NCBI GenBank assembly: GCA_938091745.1
Contig: CALLJK010000014.1
Coordinates: forward strand, 16,331-80,330
Length of the DNA stretch: 64,000 nucleotides
Direction of reading: 5' to 3'
Source: Candidatus Bipolaricaulota bacterium
GTDB lineage: Bacteria > Bipolaricaulota > Bipolaricaulia > RBG-16-55-9 > DRXL01
Part shown: piece by piece, positions 1-9,307 of the stretch
Layout of the letters: every line of letters starts with the position of its first letter
How positions within the stretch are numbered: position 1 is the stretch's first letter
Program-made: the position numbers and the translations under genes
The notes under the pieces: generated by a model
The model's database searches: none
Told to the model about the DNA's origin: nothing
Seen by the model: the letters and a program-made list of their open reading frames with translations, nothing else

Positions 1-2
1 AC

Positions 3-179
3 GCGCTGGAGCGCGCCTGCGCTCAGGGACGCTACTTTACAGACGAAGCGAGCGTCATCTCGACGATGAGCGGGGTACAGCCGAAGATCGTCCCTGGGGA
101 AGCGCAGAATATCAAGATCACGACAGAGACGGATTTACAGATTGCCGAATGCTTGCTCACGGCTCGAGCTGCTTCTTGA
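3..179 (+). CDS. ispD: 2-C-methyl-D-erythritol 4-phosphate cytidylyltransferase, C-terminal fragment (5' end outside window)
   Basis: Frame-3 translation ...GEAQNIKITTETDLQIAECLLTARAAS* ending at TGA 177-179 matches the conserved IspD C-terminus (NIKITTPEDL motif). Partial, so not in the ORF track. Confidence 0.55.
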   Translation, partial: ALERACAQGRYFTDEASVISTMSGVQPKIVPGEAQNIKITTETDLQIAECLLTARAAS

Positions 180-2709
180 GCTTCGCGAGAAGCTCCAGCG
201 CCTCCAAGGGCGTCAGCTTATTAATGTCTACTGATTTCAGTTCTTGCACAACCGGGTGCTCCTCGGCGTGGAAGATCGCGAGCTGTTTGACAAATCTCGG
301 GTCTCTCTTGCGAACCTCCCCCATCGCGTCCAAGGGGTTGTTCTGCAGGATCTTCTGTAAGATCTCATCGGCCTTGCGCGTGACCTCTTCGGGGAGCCCG
401 GCCATGCGGGCAACGTGGACGCCGTAGCTGCCCTCGGTCGCTCCCGGCGCGACCTTGTGCAGGAAGATCACTTGGTTGCCGTACTCTTTGACTTGGACGT
501 GATAGTTCTTCACCCCCGGCAAGCGCTCAGCGAGCTTGGTCAGCTCGTGATAGTGCGTAGCAAAGAGCGTCTTCGCTCGGACTTTCTTGGCCAAGTGCTC
601 TGCGACTGACCAGGCGATGCTCACTCCGTCAAAGGTGCTTGTGCCGCGGCCCATCTCGTCTAAGATTATCAAGCTGCGCTCGGTGGCGTTATTGAGAATA
701 TTGGCGGTCTCCAGCATCTCGACCATGAACGTGCTGTACCCAGCGGCGAGCATGTCACTGGCTCCCACGCGGGCAAAGATTTTATCTATAATAGGCAGCG
801 TCGCTTCCCGAGCGGGCACGAACGACCCGATCTGCGCCAACAGACAGATGAGCGCAATCTGTCGCAGATAGACGCTCTTGCCGCTCATGTTGGGGCCCGT
901 CAGCACGATGAGATATTCGTCTTCGGTGAATTTCAGGTCGTTGGGGACGAACTGCCCCCCTGGCAGCAGTCTTTCGACGATAGGGTGTCGGCCGTCTTTG
1001 ATAGAGATCTCGTGGCGGTCGGTGAAGCGCGGGCGCGTGTAGTGATAGCGGTGCGCGGCTTCGGCGAACGCGGCAAGAACGTCTAATTCCGCAACGATGC
1101 GCGCGAGCTGCTGAATCTCAAAGAGCTTTTGTGTAGCTGTATCGCGTATGTGGCAGAAGAGTTCGTATTCGAGGCGCTTGGCGCGCTCCTCTGCCGAGAG
1201 AATCTTCTCTTCGTACTCTTTGAGCTCTGGGGTGATGAACCGTTCGGCATTGGTCAGCGTCTGCTTGCGGTGATAGTCTGGAGGGACGCGCTTGGCCGCA
1301 GCTTTGCTCACTTCGAGATAGTACCCAAAGACGGTGTTGAACCCAACTTTGAGGGTCTGAATGCCGGTGCGCTCGCGCTCGCGTGCTTCGAGCTCCAAGA
1401 TCTTTCGCTTAAAGATACGCTCTTGACTCTTGAGCTGATCGAGCTCCGGCGAAAACCCCTCTTGGATGATATTGCCCTCTTTGAGCTCGATGGGTGCGTC
1501 CTCGCGAATAGATTTGTGCAAGAGCTGGCGCAGCTCATCGAGCGCGAGAGTCTCTATCTGTTGGAGAAACTCTCTCAGCTTCGCGGGAGCCTGCGTCCAG
1601 CGCTTCACGAGCGCTGTCAGCTCTGGCAGGCGCTCTAACGATTGGCGCAGCGACAATAAATCTCTGGGGGTGGCGCGCCCGGCTCCCAAGCGCCCTGCTA
1701 AGCGCTCTATATCGGAAACGCGCCCCAAGACTGTGCGCAGCTCGCTTCGTTCTAATGCTCGCTCGACGAAGAACTCGACCACGTCCAGACGGCTCTCTAT
1801 CTCACTTTGCTCGAGCAACGGCGCCAAAAGCCAGCGTCGCAATAGTCTCTCCCCCATCCCCGTGACCGTATGATTGATCACAGAGAAGAGCGTGGCGTGT
1901 GTCCCGGAGCCGCGCAGTTCCTCGAGGATCTCTAAATTGCGTTGTGTGAACGGGTCGAGCCCCATCTGGCGCGATATTTGATACGCCTTGGGCAGAGTGA
2001 GATGCTTCAAAGATCCTTTGTGGGTCTCCTGAACATAGCTGAGCAATCCCGCAGCGCTGCGCCCCGCCAGCTCCGACAGCCCAAGCCCTTCCCGAGAGAT
2101 GATCCCAAAGTGATCGAGCAGCTTTTGTGTCTGGAAGCACGAGGACTCTACATAACTCTGCGCAGCGTGATAGTCCTCGGCGAGGGTTGTCCCGGCGGGG
2201 AGTATGATCTCTGCGGGACACAATCTATTCAGTTCGTTCTTCAGCTCAGTGAGAGCAAGCTCGGTGGCGCGGAACTCCCCAGTGGAGATATCCGCGTATG
2301 CGAGCCCAACGGCATCGCCCTCGGGGTAGAGCGCGACCAGATAATTATTCACCCCGCGCTCCAGCAGCTCTTCTTCTAAGATCGTGCCGGGAGTGATGAT
2401 CCGCACGACATCGCGCTCCACGAGCCCTTTGGCTTCTTCGGGGTCTTGGAGCTGCTCGCAGAGCGCGACCTTGTAGCCTTTCTTCAGCAATTGGTTGACA
2501 TAGAACGCCACGCGCTTGACGGGAACGCCGGCCATAGGGGCGTCATCGCGTTTGGTGAGCGCGATATCTAATTCGCGCGCGGTCAGCTCCGCGTCCTCAA
2601 AGAACGTCTCGTAGAAATCCCCCAGCTGAAAGAAGAGAATCACGTCTTGATGCTGCGCCTTGATGCGCAGATACTGCTGCATCATCGGGGTGAGCTTGGG
2701 CTTTGTCAT
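157..2709 (-). CDS. mutS: DNA mismatch repair protein MutS
   Basis: 861-aa ORF (157..2742). N-terminal mismatch-binding signature MMQQYLRIKAQHQDVILFFQLGDFYETFFEDA and Walker A GPNMSGKS are present. Start probably the internal ATG giving MTKPKLTPMMQQYL (2709). Confidence 0.9.
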   Translation of the reverse strand: MTKPKLTPMMQQYLRIKAQHQDVILFFQLGDFYETFFEDAELTARELDIALTKRDDAPMAGVPVKRVAFYVNQLLKKGYKVALCEQLQDPEEAKGLVERDVVRIITPGTILEEELLERGVNNYLVALYPEGDAVGLAYADISTGEFRATELALTELKNELNRLCPAEIILPAGTTLAEDYHAAQSYVESSCFQTQKLLDHFGIISREGLGLSELAGRSAAGLLSYVQETHKGSLKHLTLPKAYQISRQMGLDPFTQRNLEILEELRGSGTHATLFSVINHTVTGMGERLLRRWLLAPLLEQSEIESRLDVVEFFVERALERSELRTVLGRVSDIERLAGRLGAGRATPRDLLSLRQSLERLPELTALVKRWTQAPAKLREFLQQIETLALDELRQLLHKSIREDAPIELKEGNIIQEGFSPELDQLKSQERIFKRKILELEARERERTGIQTLKVGFNTVFGYYLEVSKAAAKRVPPDYHRKQTLTNAERFITPELKEYEEKILSAEERAKRLEYELFCHIRDTATQKLFEIQQLARIVAELDVLAAFAEAAHRYHYTRPRFTDRHEISIKDGRHPIVERLLPGGQFVPNDLKFTEDEYLIVLTGPNMSGKSVYLRQIALICLLAQIGSFVPAREATLPIIDKIFARVGASDMLAAGYSTFMVEMLETANILNNATERSLIILDEMGRGTSTFDGVSIAWSVAEHLAKKVRAKTLFATHYHELTKLAERLPGVKNYHVQVKEYGNQVIFLHKVAPGATEGSYGVHVARMAGLPEEVTRKADEILQKILQNNPLDAMGEVRKRDPRFVKQLAIFHAEEHPVVQELKSVDINKLTPLEALELLAKLKKQLEP

Positions 2710-3323
2710 AGTGACTCTTGATGATAGCAGATCTGCACGCATCGTTTCCAGTCGTCGAGGGTATTGATATTGGTAAATGAGCGTAGTTCCGGGTCGACGA
2801 TGCGCAGCTGTTCTTCGGAGATGATCTTGGTCGGGACAGCATCAAGCAAAGCTTGGAGTGATGTGTGTTTGTGCGTGATGAGATGCGCGATCACGGGAAG
2901 GCACTTCTTATGATAAAGCGCGAGCGTTGGGACGCGATGTCCTTCTATTTCGGGCACGACGGCCCAGGCGGAGCCGTCCAGGTGATCTCTCAGGAGATCT
3001 ATGACAGCGTGGCTGATGCAGGGCATATCGCAGGCGACTGCGAGGCTGTACGCATATCGGGCGTGCTTGAGCCCGGTGTAGAGTCCGCCCATGGGCCCGA
3101 GGTTCCCAATCTCATCAGGGTAGACGGGCACATCGAGGATCTCTGTATAGCGAATCTCTGTTCCGGAGACGACGAGCACGTCGTCGCTCAGCTCTTGGAG
3201 GCGTGCCACAAGATCTTGAATGAGGGTGCGGCCGCGCCACGGCAAGAGCGCTTTATCGTGGCCAAAGCGACGGGAGTGCCCGCCGGCAAGGATGATCACA
3301 GAAAGCATTCTCTTAGAGGGCAT
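2706..3323 (-). CDS. mobA: Molybdenum cofactor guanylyltransferase-like nucleotidyltransferase (MobA family)
   Basis: 205 aa. N-terminal ILAGGHSRRFGHDKALLPW is the typical MobA/NTP-transferase glycine-rich signature. Stop abuts the mutS start. Confidence 0.6.
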   Translation of the reverse strand: MPSKRMLSVIILAGGHSRRFGHDKALLPWRGRTLIQDLVARLQELSDDVLVVSGTEIRYTEILDVPVYPDEIGNLGPMGGLYTGLKHARYAYSLAVACDMPCISHAVIDLLRDHLDGSAWAVVPEIEGHRVPTLALYHKKCLPVIAHLITHKHTSLQALLDAVPTKIISEEQLRIVDPELRSFTNINTLDDWKRCVQICYHQESL

Positions 3324-4539
3324 GGCGTTCTAGCGGTGCGAAGAGCCAGTACTGCAAAGCAATACTAAAGCTATAGACCACACATACGATCACGAAAATT
3401 GGCCCGAAGCCCCAGAGGACTTGGAGATGGCCGCTCAGCCAGGCGCTCCCTGCAAAGAGTAAGTTCCATGCCATTGTGGACCAGCCGTTGATCGTCGCGC
3501 GATCTTCAGGAGCGACTTGCTCCATCACAAAGAGCGAATAGATCGGGGCGCTCATGGGCATAAGCGCGTAGCGTATCACGAAAGCGAGTGCAGAGATCCA
3601 TAAGATGGGGGCGAAGGCCATAGCAATCAAGAATGGGATCGAGAGTGCCTGGGTCAGGACGATCGTGCGCACCTTGCCCATGCGCTGTGCCAGTGGCGGC
3701 CCGGCCAGCGATGCTATCCCCATCCCAACAGCACCCCACGCAAAGAGCGTCCCCAAAAGCGCATCAGATATATGAAACTGAAGCTTGAAGAAGACGTTCA
3801 TGAACGGGATAAACAGCCCCGCCCCCAGGCCGAGAATCATATTGGGTAGAATGAGTTTGAATGCCAGTCTTCGTGGTGTCTTGAGGTTCCAGCCGAGGCG
3901 AGCGCGGCTGCTCTCTCGCGGTGCCGCGCGCATCCTTGCTAAGGGAAGAATACTAAACCCAATGAGCCCGACGCCAATGGCTAGGGTCATTTGGTACACC
4001 GTAGCTGTACTTTCTGTGAGGGAAAACCCGCGAGCAAAGAGCGGTGGCAGAGCCCCGCCGACGAAGCTCCCCACAAATCCTGCGAGTGTCTGAAGCGCAA
4101 AATGCACGCTGAAAAGATGAGTGCGCTCAGATTCTTGGCTCTCTTCGATCATAAACGGGGCGCTGACGACCTGCAGGAGCGCCCCACTCAACCCCAGGAT
4201 CCCGATGGATAGAACTAATGTTTCCGAGGCGGTGAAGAGCACGAGGCCGAGCGCTCCCAGCCCACTGAGAGCAACTCCTAGAATAAGCGCGCGCCGGTGC
4301 CCTATCGCATCGCTCAGAAATCCTGCAGGCACTGACAAGAGAGCTGTGACGAGCGGGGGGATAGCTGCCATCAGCCCAATGAAATCTTGTTTATACCCCA
4401 GGTGTAATAGATAAATATTTAAAAAGAGCGAGAATATGCTAGATGCCAGACCTACGCCGAAGACTGACAGAAGAAAGAGCCGAGCGTTGGGACTAAAGCG
4501 CCGCAGTCGCTCGGCGTATTCCATTAAGAAGTGAGCCAT
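3313..4539 (-). CDS. MFS transporter
   Basis: 408 aa with about 12 predicted hydrophobic helices and MFS-like loops between helices (GHRRALI). Confidence 0.7.
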   Translation of the reverse strand: MAHFLMEYAERLRRFSPNARLFLLSVFGVGLASSIFSLFLNIYLLHLGYKQDFIGLMAAIPPLVTALLSVPAGFLSDAIGHRRALILGVALSGLGALGLVLFTASETLVLSIGILGLSGALLQVVSAPFMIEESQESERTHLFSVHFALQTLAGFVGSFVGGALPPLFARGFSLTESTATVYQMTLAIGVGLIGFSILPLARMRAAPRESSRARLGWNLKTPRRLAFKLILPNMILGLGAGLFIPFMNVFFKLQFHISDALLGTLFAWGAVGMGIASLAGPPLAQRMGKVRTIVLTQALSIPFLIAMAFAPILWISALAFVIRYALMPMSAPIYSLFVMEQVAPEDRATINGWSTMAWNLLFAGSAWLSGHLQVLWGFGPIFVIVCVVYSFSIALQYWLFAPLERHAL

Positions 4540-4656
4540 GGGCTCTGATTATAATCGGCGCTCCGTTTGCTTACCACCCCGGGGGCTCAGTATAATCGCA
4601 GAGGCGTCCATTCCCAAGGGTGGCTGAATATTTTTGCTCTTCACACGAGGTGCCTT

Positions 4657-6255
4657 GTGAATAAATATATCTTTGTGACGGGTGGAGTGCTCTCCGGGTT
4701 AGGCAAGGGGATCACGGCGTCGTCGATCGGGCTCTTGCTCAAGTCGCGCGGCCTCACCGTGACCGCCATCAAGATCGATCCCTACTTAAATTGCGACGCC
4801 GGCACCATGAACCCTTATCAGCACGGCGAAGTCTTCGTGCTCGACGACGGCACCGAGGTCGATATGGACCTGGGCAGCTATGAGCGCTTCTTAGATATAG
4901 ACCTCACAGGTGATCATAATATCACGACAGGCAAGATCTATAAGAGCGTCATCGAAAAAGAACGCCGCGGAGAGTATCTGGGGGCAACCGTGCAGATCAT
5001 CCCCCATGTCACCGACGAGATCAAAGCGAGCATCAAGCGCGTCGCAGAACGCACCAAAGCCGACGTGGTCATCGTCGAGGTCGGGGGCACCGTCGGAGAC
5101 ATCGAGTCGATGCCCTTCTTGGAAGCCCTGCGCCAGATGCACCAGGAGCTCGGCGACGATTGTGTCTTCGTGCATACGACGCTCGTGCCCGTGGTCTCCG
5201 TCGTTGGGGAGCAGAAGACCAAGCCGACCCAGCACTCCGTCAAAGAACTTCGTGCTATTGGGATCCAGCCGGATGTGATCATCGGGCGCGGCACGGCCCC
5301 CCTCACCGAAGGGATTCGCAGGAAGATCGCGCTCTTCTGTGACGTCCCGTTTGAGGCCGTCATCAGTGCCCCCGATGTGCACTCGATCTATCAGGTCCCG
5401 GTGCTCTTCGAGGAGCAAGGGTTGCCGGAGCTCTTGCTGACGCGTCTGAAGCTCCCAGCCAAGGCGCGCGATCTGAGCCAGTGGCAGCGCTTCGTCGATG
5501 CCGTGCTCCATCCCCAGGAGCAGGTGCGCATTGCCATTGTCGGGAAATATACGATGCTCCGCGATAGCTATGTCAGTTATGTCGAGGCGCTCACGCACGC
5601 CGGAGCGGCTCTCGGCGCTGGGATCGAGATCGTCTGGATCGAAGCCGAAGAGTTCTCCGAGTCCCACATGGAGGGCATAGACGGCGTGATCGTGCCTGTG
5701 GGGTTTGGCCATCGTGGGGCTGAGGGCAAGATCAGGGCGATCCGCTACGCGCGGACGCACAACGTGCCGTTCTTGGGGATCTGCTATGGGTTTCAGCTGG
5801 CAGTCATAGAGTTTGCGCGCTCCGTACTGCATTTAGAAGGTGCCAACAGCACCGAGTTTGGTCCGACAGAGCACCCCGTTATCGATCTGATGCCGGAGCA
5901 GCGATCGCTTACTGAGAAGGGCGCGACGATGCGCCTGGGAGCTCAGCCCGTTATGATCGAGCGCGGCACGCTTGCGCATAAACTCTACGGAGCGACAGAG
6001 ATCTCCGAGCGCCACCGCCATCGCTATGAAGTCAACCCGCGCTACGTGAGAGACTTAGAAGCTGCTGGGCTGAAGTTCTCCGGCAAATCGCCCGATGGGC
6101 GACGCATGGAGATCCTAGAACTGCCAGGGCATCCGTACTTTATTGCGTCGCAATTCCACCCGGAGTTTACGTCGCGGCCGACTCGGCCGCGCCCGCTCTT
6201 TGTGGGTCTGGTACAAGCATGTCTCGCGCGTCGCAAGCTCTTGGTCTCCTCGTGA
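4657..6255 (+). CDS. pyrG: CTP synthase
   Basis: [27 protein letters not shown]-terminus and the C-terminal glutamine amidotransferase motif GICYGFQ. In-frame GTG at 4657 gives a canonical ~533-aa protein; the track ORF starts upstream at 4567. Confidence 0.9.
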   Translation: MNKYIFVTGGVLSGLGKGITASSIGLLLKSRGLTVTAIKIDPYLNCDAGTMNPYQHGEVFVLDDGTEVDMDLGSYERFLDIDLTGDHNITTGKIYKSVIEKERRGEYLGATVQIIPHVTDEIKASIKRVAERTKADVVIVEVGGTVGDIESMPFLEALRQMHQELGDDCVFVHTTLVPVVSVVGEQKTKPTQHSVKELRAIGIQPDVIIGRGTAPLTEGIRRKIALFCDVPFEAVISAPDVHSIYQVPVLFEEQGLPELLLTRLKLPAKARDLSQWQRFVDAVLHPQEQVRIAIVGKYTMLRDSYVSYVEALTHAGAALGAGIEIVWIEAEEFSESHMEGIDGVIVPVGFGHRGAEGKIRAIRYARTHNVPFLGICYGFQLAVIEFARSVLHLEGANSTEFGPTEHPVIDLMPEQRSLTEKGATMRLGAQPVMIERGTLAHKLYGATEISERHRHRYEVNPRYVRDLEAAGLKFSGKSPDGRRMEILELPGHPYFIASQFHPEFTSRPTRPRPLFVGLVQACLARRKLLVSS

Positions 6256-6749
6256 CTGTGGGGGTCATCGGCGGGATCTCTTGGCTGTGGGTGACCATGC
6301 CCAGCTTGTGGCCAGAGACTCTCGGGCCCGATGCCCCGGCGATCTCCGCCGAGCACGCTCATATTGTCCGATACGACCAGGGAAAGAAGCTGTGGGAGCT
6401 GGAAGGGCGCACGATGACCGTCCAAGAAGATATCAGCGTTGCTGAAGAAGTGACGGTGCGCTTCTTCGACAGCGACGGCACTGAGACGCTTACTGTACAA
6501 GCGCCTCAGGCGCGCTTACACAATCGTTCTGGAGATATCGAATTGCTTGGAGAGATCTCTGCTGTCGGCCGCGAGTTCTCTTTTGTCACGGAGAATCTCT
6601 CGTGGGATAATCGAAAGAAAGTGCTCACAACGTCGTCGGCTGTGCGCATCGAGCATGACACGTTCACCCTGACGGGTCGGGGATTGGAATACTTCTCGGG
6701 CCGAGCGACGATCCTCAACGACGCTCGGCTCATCTTGCGCCGAAAATGA
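6219..6749 (+). CDS. lptC: LptC-like periplasmic LPS-export bridge protein (single N-terminal TM + OstA-like beta-jellyroll)
   Basis: 176 aa with an N-terminal TM ([18 protein letters not shown]) followed by a beta-rich domain. Sits immediately upstream of, and overlaps, lptB (ATGA-type junction at 6746). Confidence 0.5.
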   Translation: MSRASQALGLLVTVGVIGGISWLWVTMPSLWPETLGPDAPAISAEHAHIVRYDQGKKLWELEGRTMTVQEDISVAEEVTVRFFDSDGTETLTVQAPQARLHNRSGDIELLGEISAVGREFSFVTENLSWDNRKKVLTTSSAVRIEHDTFTLTGRGLEYFSGRATILNDARLILRRK

Positions 6750-7465
6750 TCCTCCGCACAGAAGGGTTGGTCAAGAGCTATGGAGGACGGCGGGTCGTCG
6801 ACGGCGTCTCTCTCCACATTGAGAGTGGCACCGTTGTCGGACTATTGGGAGCCAACGGTGCGGGCAAGACCACCACGTTCTATATGATCACTGGGCTGAT
6901 CGCTCACGAAGCTGGGGAGATCTTTCTCGACGAAACCCCTATTGGCCGCTGGCCCTTCTATGCCCGTGCTCGTCTCGGGATTCACTATCTGCCCCAAGAG
7001 CCTTCAGTCTTTCGCAAGCTCAGCGCTCTAGAGAATCTCTTGCTCGTCTTAGAGCAGTGGGAATTCAAGCCCAAAGAGCGTGAGCGGCGCGCCCTGCAGC
7101 TCTTGCAGAAGCTGGGCATCGTGCATCTGGCGCGGCAGCGCGTCGATACGCTTTCAGCGGGGGAGCGCCGGCGCGTCGAGATCGCGCGGGCCTTAGCGAC
7201 CTCCCCGAAATTTCTCTTGCTCGATGAACCCTTCTCCGGGATAGATCCCATCTCTGTCGCTGATATCCAGAAGATCATACGCGCGCTCGCCGCCGACGGG
7301 ATTGGCGTCGTCGTGACGGACCACAACGTGCGTGAGACCCTGCGCGTCACTGACTATGCGTATCTCTTGAATGAGGGCAAGCTCTTGCTGAGTGGACGCC
7401 CAGAAGAGATCGCGGCGCATCCCCTGGCGCGACAGTATTATCTTGGTGAAGACTTTCAGCTATGA
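6746..7465 (+). CDS. lptB: LPS export ABC transporter ATP-binding protein LptB
   Basis: 239 aa. Walker A GANGAGKTTTFYMITG, signature LSAGERRRVEIARAL, Walker B LLLDEPFSGIDP. Size and position after lptC are typical of LptB. Confidence 0.8.
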   Translation: MILRTEGLVKSYGGRRVVDGVSLHIESGTVVGLLGANGAGKTTTFYMITGLIAHEAGEIFLDETPIGRWPFYARARLGIHYLPQEPSVFRKLSALENLLLVLEQWEFKPKERERRALQLLQKLGIVHLARQRVDTLSAGERRRVEIARALATSPKFLLLDEPFSGIDPISVADIQKIIRALAADGIGVVVTDHNVRETLRVTDYAYLLNEGKLLLSGRPEEIAAHPLARQYYLGEDFQL

Positions 7466-8314
7466 CCCCGATGACGGTGCTACAGCTGGCTTGCGCACGT
7501 AAAGTCTCTTCATCACGATGAACGCGCCAAAGATCACGACGAGAATGACGCTGATGACTTGGGCAGCTCGTAATAGATCGGGGACGAGCCAGAGCGCATC
7601 TGCCCGCAGAAACTCCATCCAAAACCTCAAGACCGAATAGAGCACAATATAGAGCGATGCGATGAACCCATCTTGAAAGTTTTTCGTGCGCAGCCACATG
7701 AGCAGACCAAAGATTATGAGATCGCCGACCATCTCGTAGAGCATCGTAGGGTGAGTAGGGATATCGCCCCATTGCTGATACCCTGGAGTGCCCTCTTTAT
7801 ACACAACCCCGACCCAGTCGAGCCATGAAGGCCAGGTCGGTCCCAGGGGCACCCCATAGGCGTCGCCGTTCATAAAGTTTCCGAAGCGCCCCAGGGCTTG
7901 TCCCAAGATCATGCTTGGCGCCACAGCGTCGGCAAACTGCCACAGGGGGACTTTCTTCCATTTCGAGTAGACCCAGAGCATGAGCAGCCCCGCCAAAATG
8001 CCCCCGTGAATAGCCAGCCCACCTTCCCAGATCGCAATAATATTTATAAACGTCTTCAGGGCATCGCCGGGAACATAGAAATTCGACCACTGAAAAGCGA
8101 CATAATAGAGCCGCGCCCCGATGATCGCCACGGGCACGGTGATCAAGACGAAGTCTAAAATATCATCAAGGGTCAGGGGTAAGCCCTTGCGTGCGGCCTC
8201 GCGGCGCGTCAGAAAGATCCCCACGACAATGGCAATCACGTACATCAACCCGTAATAGCGTATCTGAATAGTGCTTCCCCACGGCATCGGGATCTCTATC
8301 AAGATCGGATTCAT
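7460..8314 (-). CDS. lgt: Prolipoprotein diacylglyceryl transferase
   Basis: Conserved Lgt motifs: YGLMYVIAIVVG, ARLYYV, and the Lgt signature GxxxGRxGNFxNGxxxG in GQALGRFGNFMNGDAYG. Start set at the internal ATG (MNPILIEIP); the track ORF extends to 8395. Confidence 0.85.
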   Translation of the reverse strand: MNPILIEIPMPWGSTIQIRYYGLMYVIAIVVGIFLTRREAARKGLPLTLDDILDFVLITVPVAIIGARLYYVAFQWSNFYVPGDALKTFINIIAIWEGGLAIHGGILAGLLMLWVYSKWKKVPLWQFADAVAPSMILGQALGRFGNFMNGDAYGVPLGPTWPSWLDWVGVVYKEGTPGYQQWGDIPTHPTMLYEMVGDLIIFGLLMWLRTKNFQDGFIASLYIVLYSVLRFWMEFLRADALWLVPDLLRAAQVISVILVVIFGAFIVMKRLYVRKPAVAPSSGS

Positions 8315-8425
8315 TGGTTCTATCCCCCTCGTATCTGTTAAGTACGAGCGATTGTACGCGATAGGCTGACCCGGCGTCAAGCAGGACTTGAGCATGGACG
8401 GCCTGACCCGTAAGATAGAGGCGTC

Positions 8426-9304
8426 ATGATGCCTGATCTGGGGATTATGGGATTGGCTTTGGGGGCAGGGATTGTGGCGTTCTTTAATCCTTGCGGGTTT
8501 GCTCTACTTCCGTCGTACGTCGCGCATTACTTGGGGAGCCGTTCAAGCCCTTCAGACCGCTCAGAGCGGTGGTGGGAGCGCCTATGGTACGGCTTGGCGC
8601 TCGGCAGTGCCGTCAGTGCCGGGTTCTTTACAGTCTTTCTCGCTTTGGGCATTGTGATCTCTCTTGTGGGAACAGCTATTGGTTTTTACTTTCCCTGGGC
8701 CGTTGGGCTTCTTGGGCTTGGCTTAATGGCTCTAGGAGTCTTCACGCTTCTAGGGCGCCAGCTGGCTCTTTCGCTGCTCTTCCAAGCCCGCTCAGATCGT
8801 CGGAGTGTCTTCTTCTATTATCTTTATGGGATCGGCTATGCGATAGCATCATGCGGCTGCACGTTCCCCATCTTTATGATCTATGTCGTCGGGCCGACCT
8901 TGACAGCGGGCCTCCTCAGCGGGCTGGTGAACTTTCTCGCCTACGCGTCGGGGATGACGTTGATGATGCTGTTGCTCTCTCTCACTATAGCGTACTCCAA
9001 GGGCAGTCTCGACCGCCGTCTGCCCCTCAGGCACGCCCTCATCGGGGTGAGCATCCCCATTGGCATCGTGCTGGTGTTGGTGTGGGCGCAGCCGCAGCTT
9101 GCTTCGAGCTGGAGCGCAGCATTCTCTGGAACTAACCGCATCTTCATCAGCGTCTTCGCCATCGCGCTTCTCGCTCTGCTCTTCTTTCAGCTGCGGCGCT
9201 GGGAGCGGGCCACGCACTGGCTCAATGGGCTTCTGCTTGTTGCGGCCGGGCTGTATCTCATCTACTATCAACTGTTCGAGTATGGGCTGCTCGACTTCAG
9301 ATAA
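8426..9304 (+). CDS. ccdA: Cytochrome c-type biogenesis / thiol-disulfide transporter CcdA (DsbD family) membrane protein
   Basis: 292 aa polytopic membrane protein with the DsbD-family Cys motif FFNPCGFALLP in TM1 and a second Cys pair (SCGCTFP). Confidence 0.6.
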   Translation: MMPDLGIMGLALGAGIVAFFNPCGFALLPSYVAHYLGSRSSPSDRSERWWERLWYGLALGSAVSAGFFTVFLALGIVISLVGTAIGFYFPWAVGLLGLGLMALGVFTLLGRQLALSLLFQARSDRRSVFFYYLYGIGYAIASCGCTFPIFMIYVVGPTLTAGLLSGLVNFLAYASGMTLMMLLLSLTIAYSKGSLDRRLPLRHALIGVSIPIGIVLVLVWAQPQLASSWSAAFSGTNRIFISVFAIALLALLFFQLRRWERATHWLNGLLLVAAGLYLIYYQLFEYGLLDFR

Positions 9305-9307
9305 TTT

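Noticed and set aside
4891-5832. 313-aa antisense ORF inside pyrG (and similar long antisense or alternate-frame ORFs, e.g. 8491-9135, 18078-19010, 43133-43684, 46227-46925, 56141-57154)
   Set aside because: High-GC genomes generate long spurious ORFs opposite real genes. These translations are low-complexity (Arg/Ala/Pro-rich) and overlap strongly supported conserved genes.
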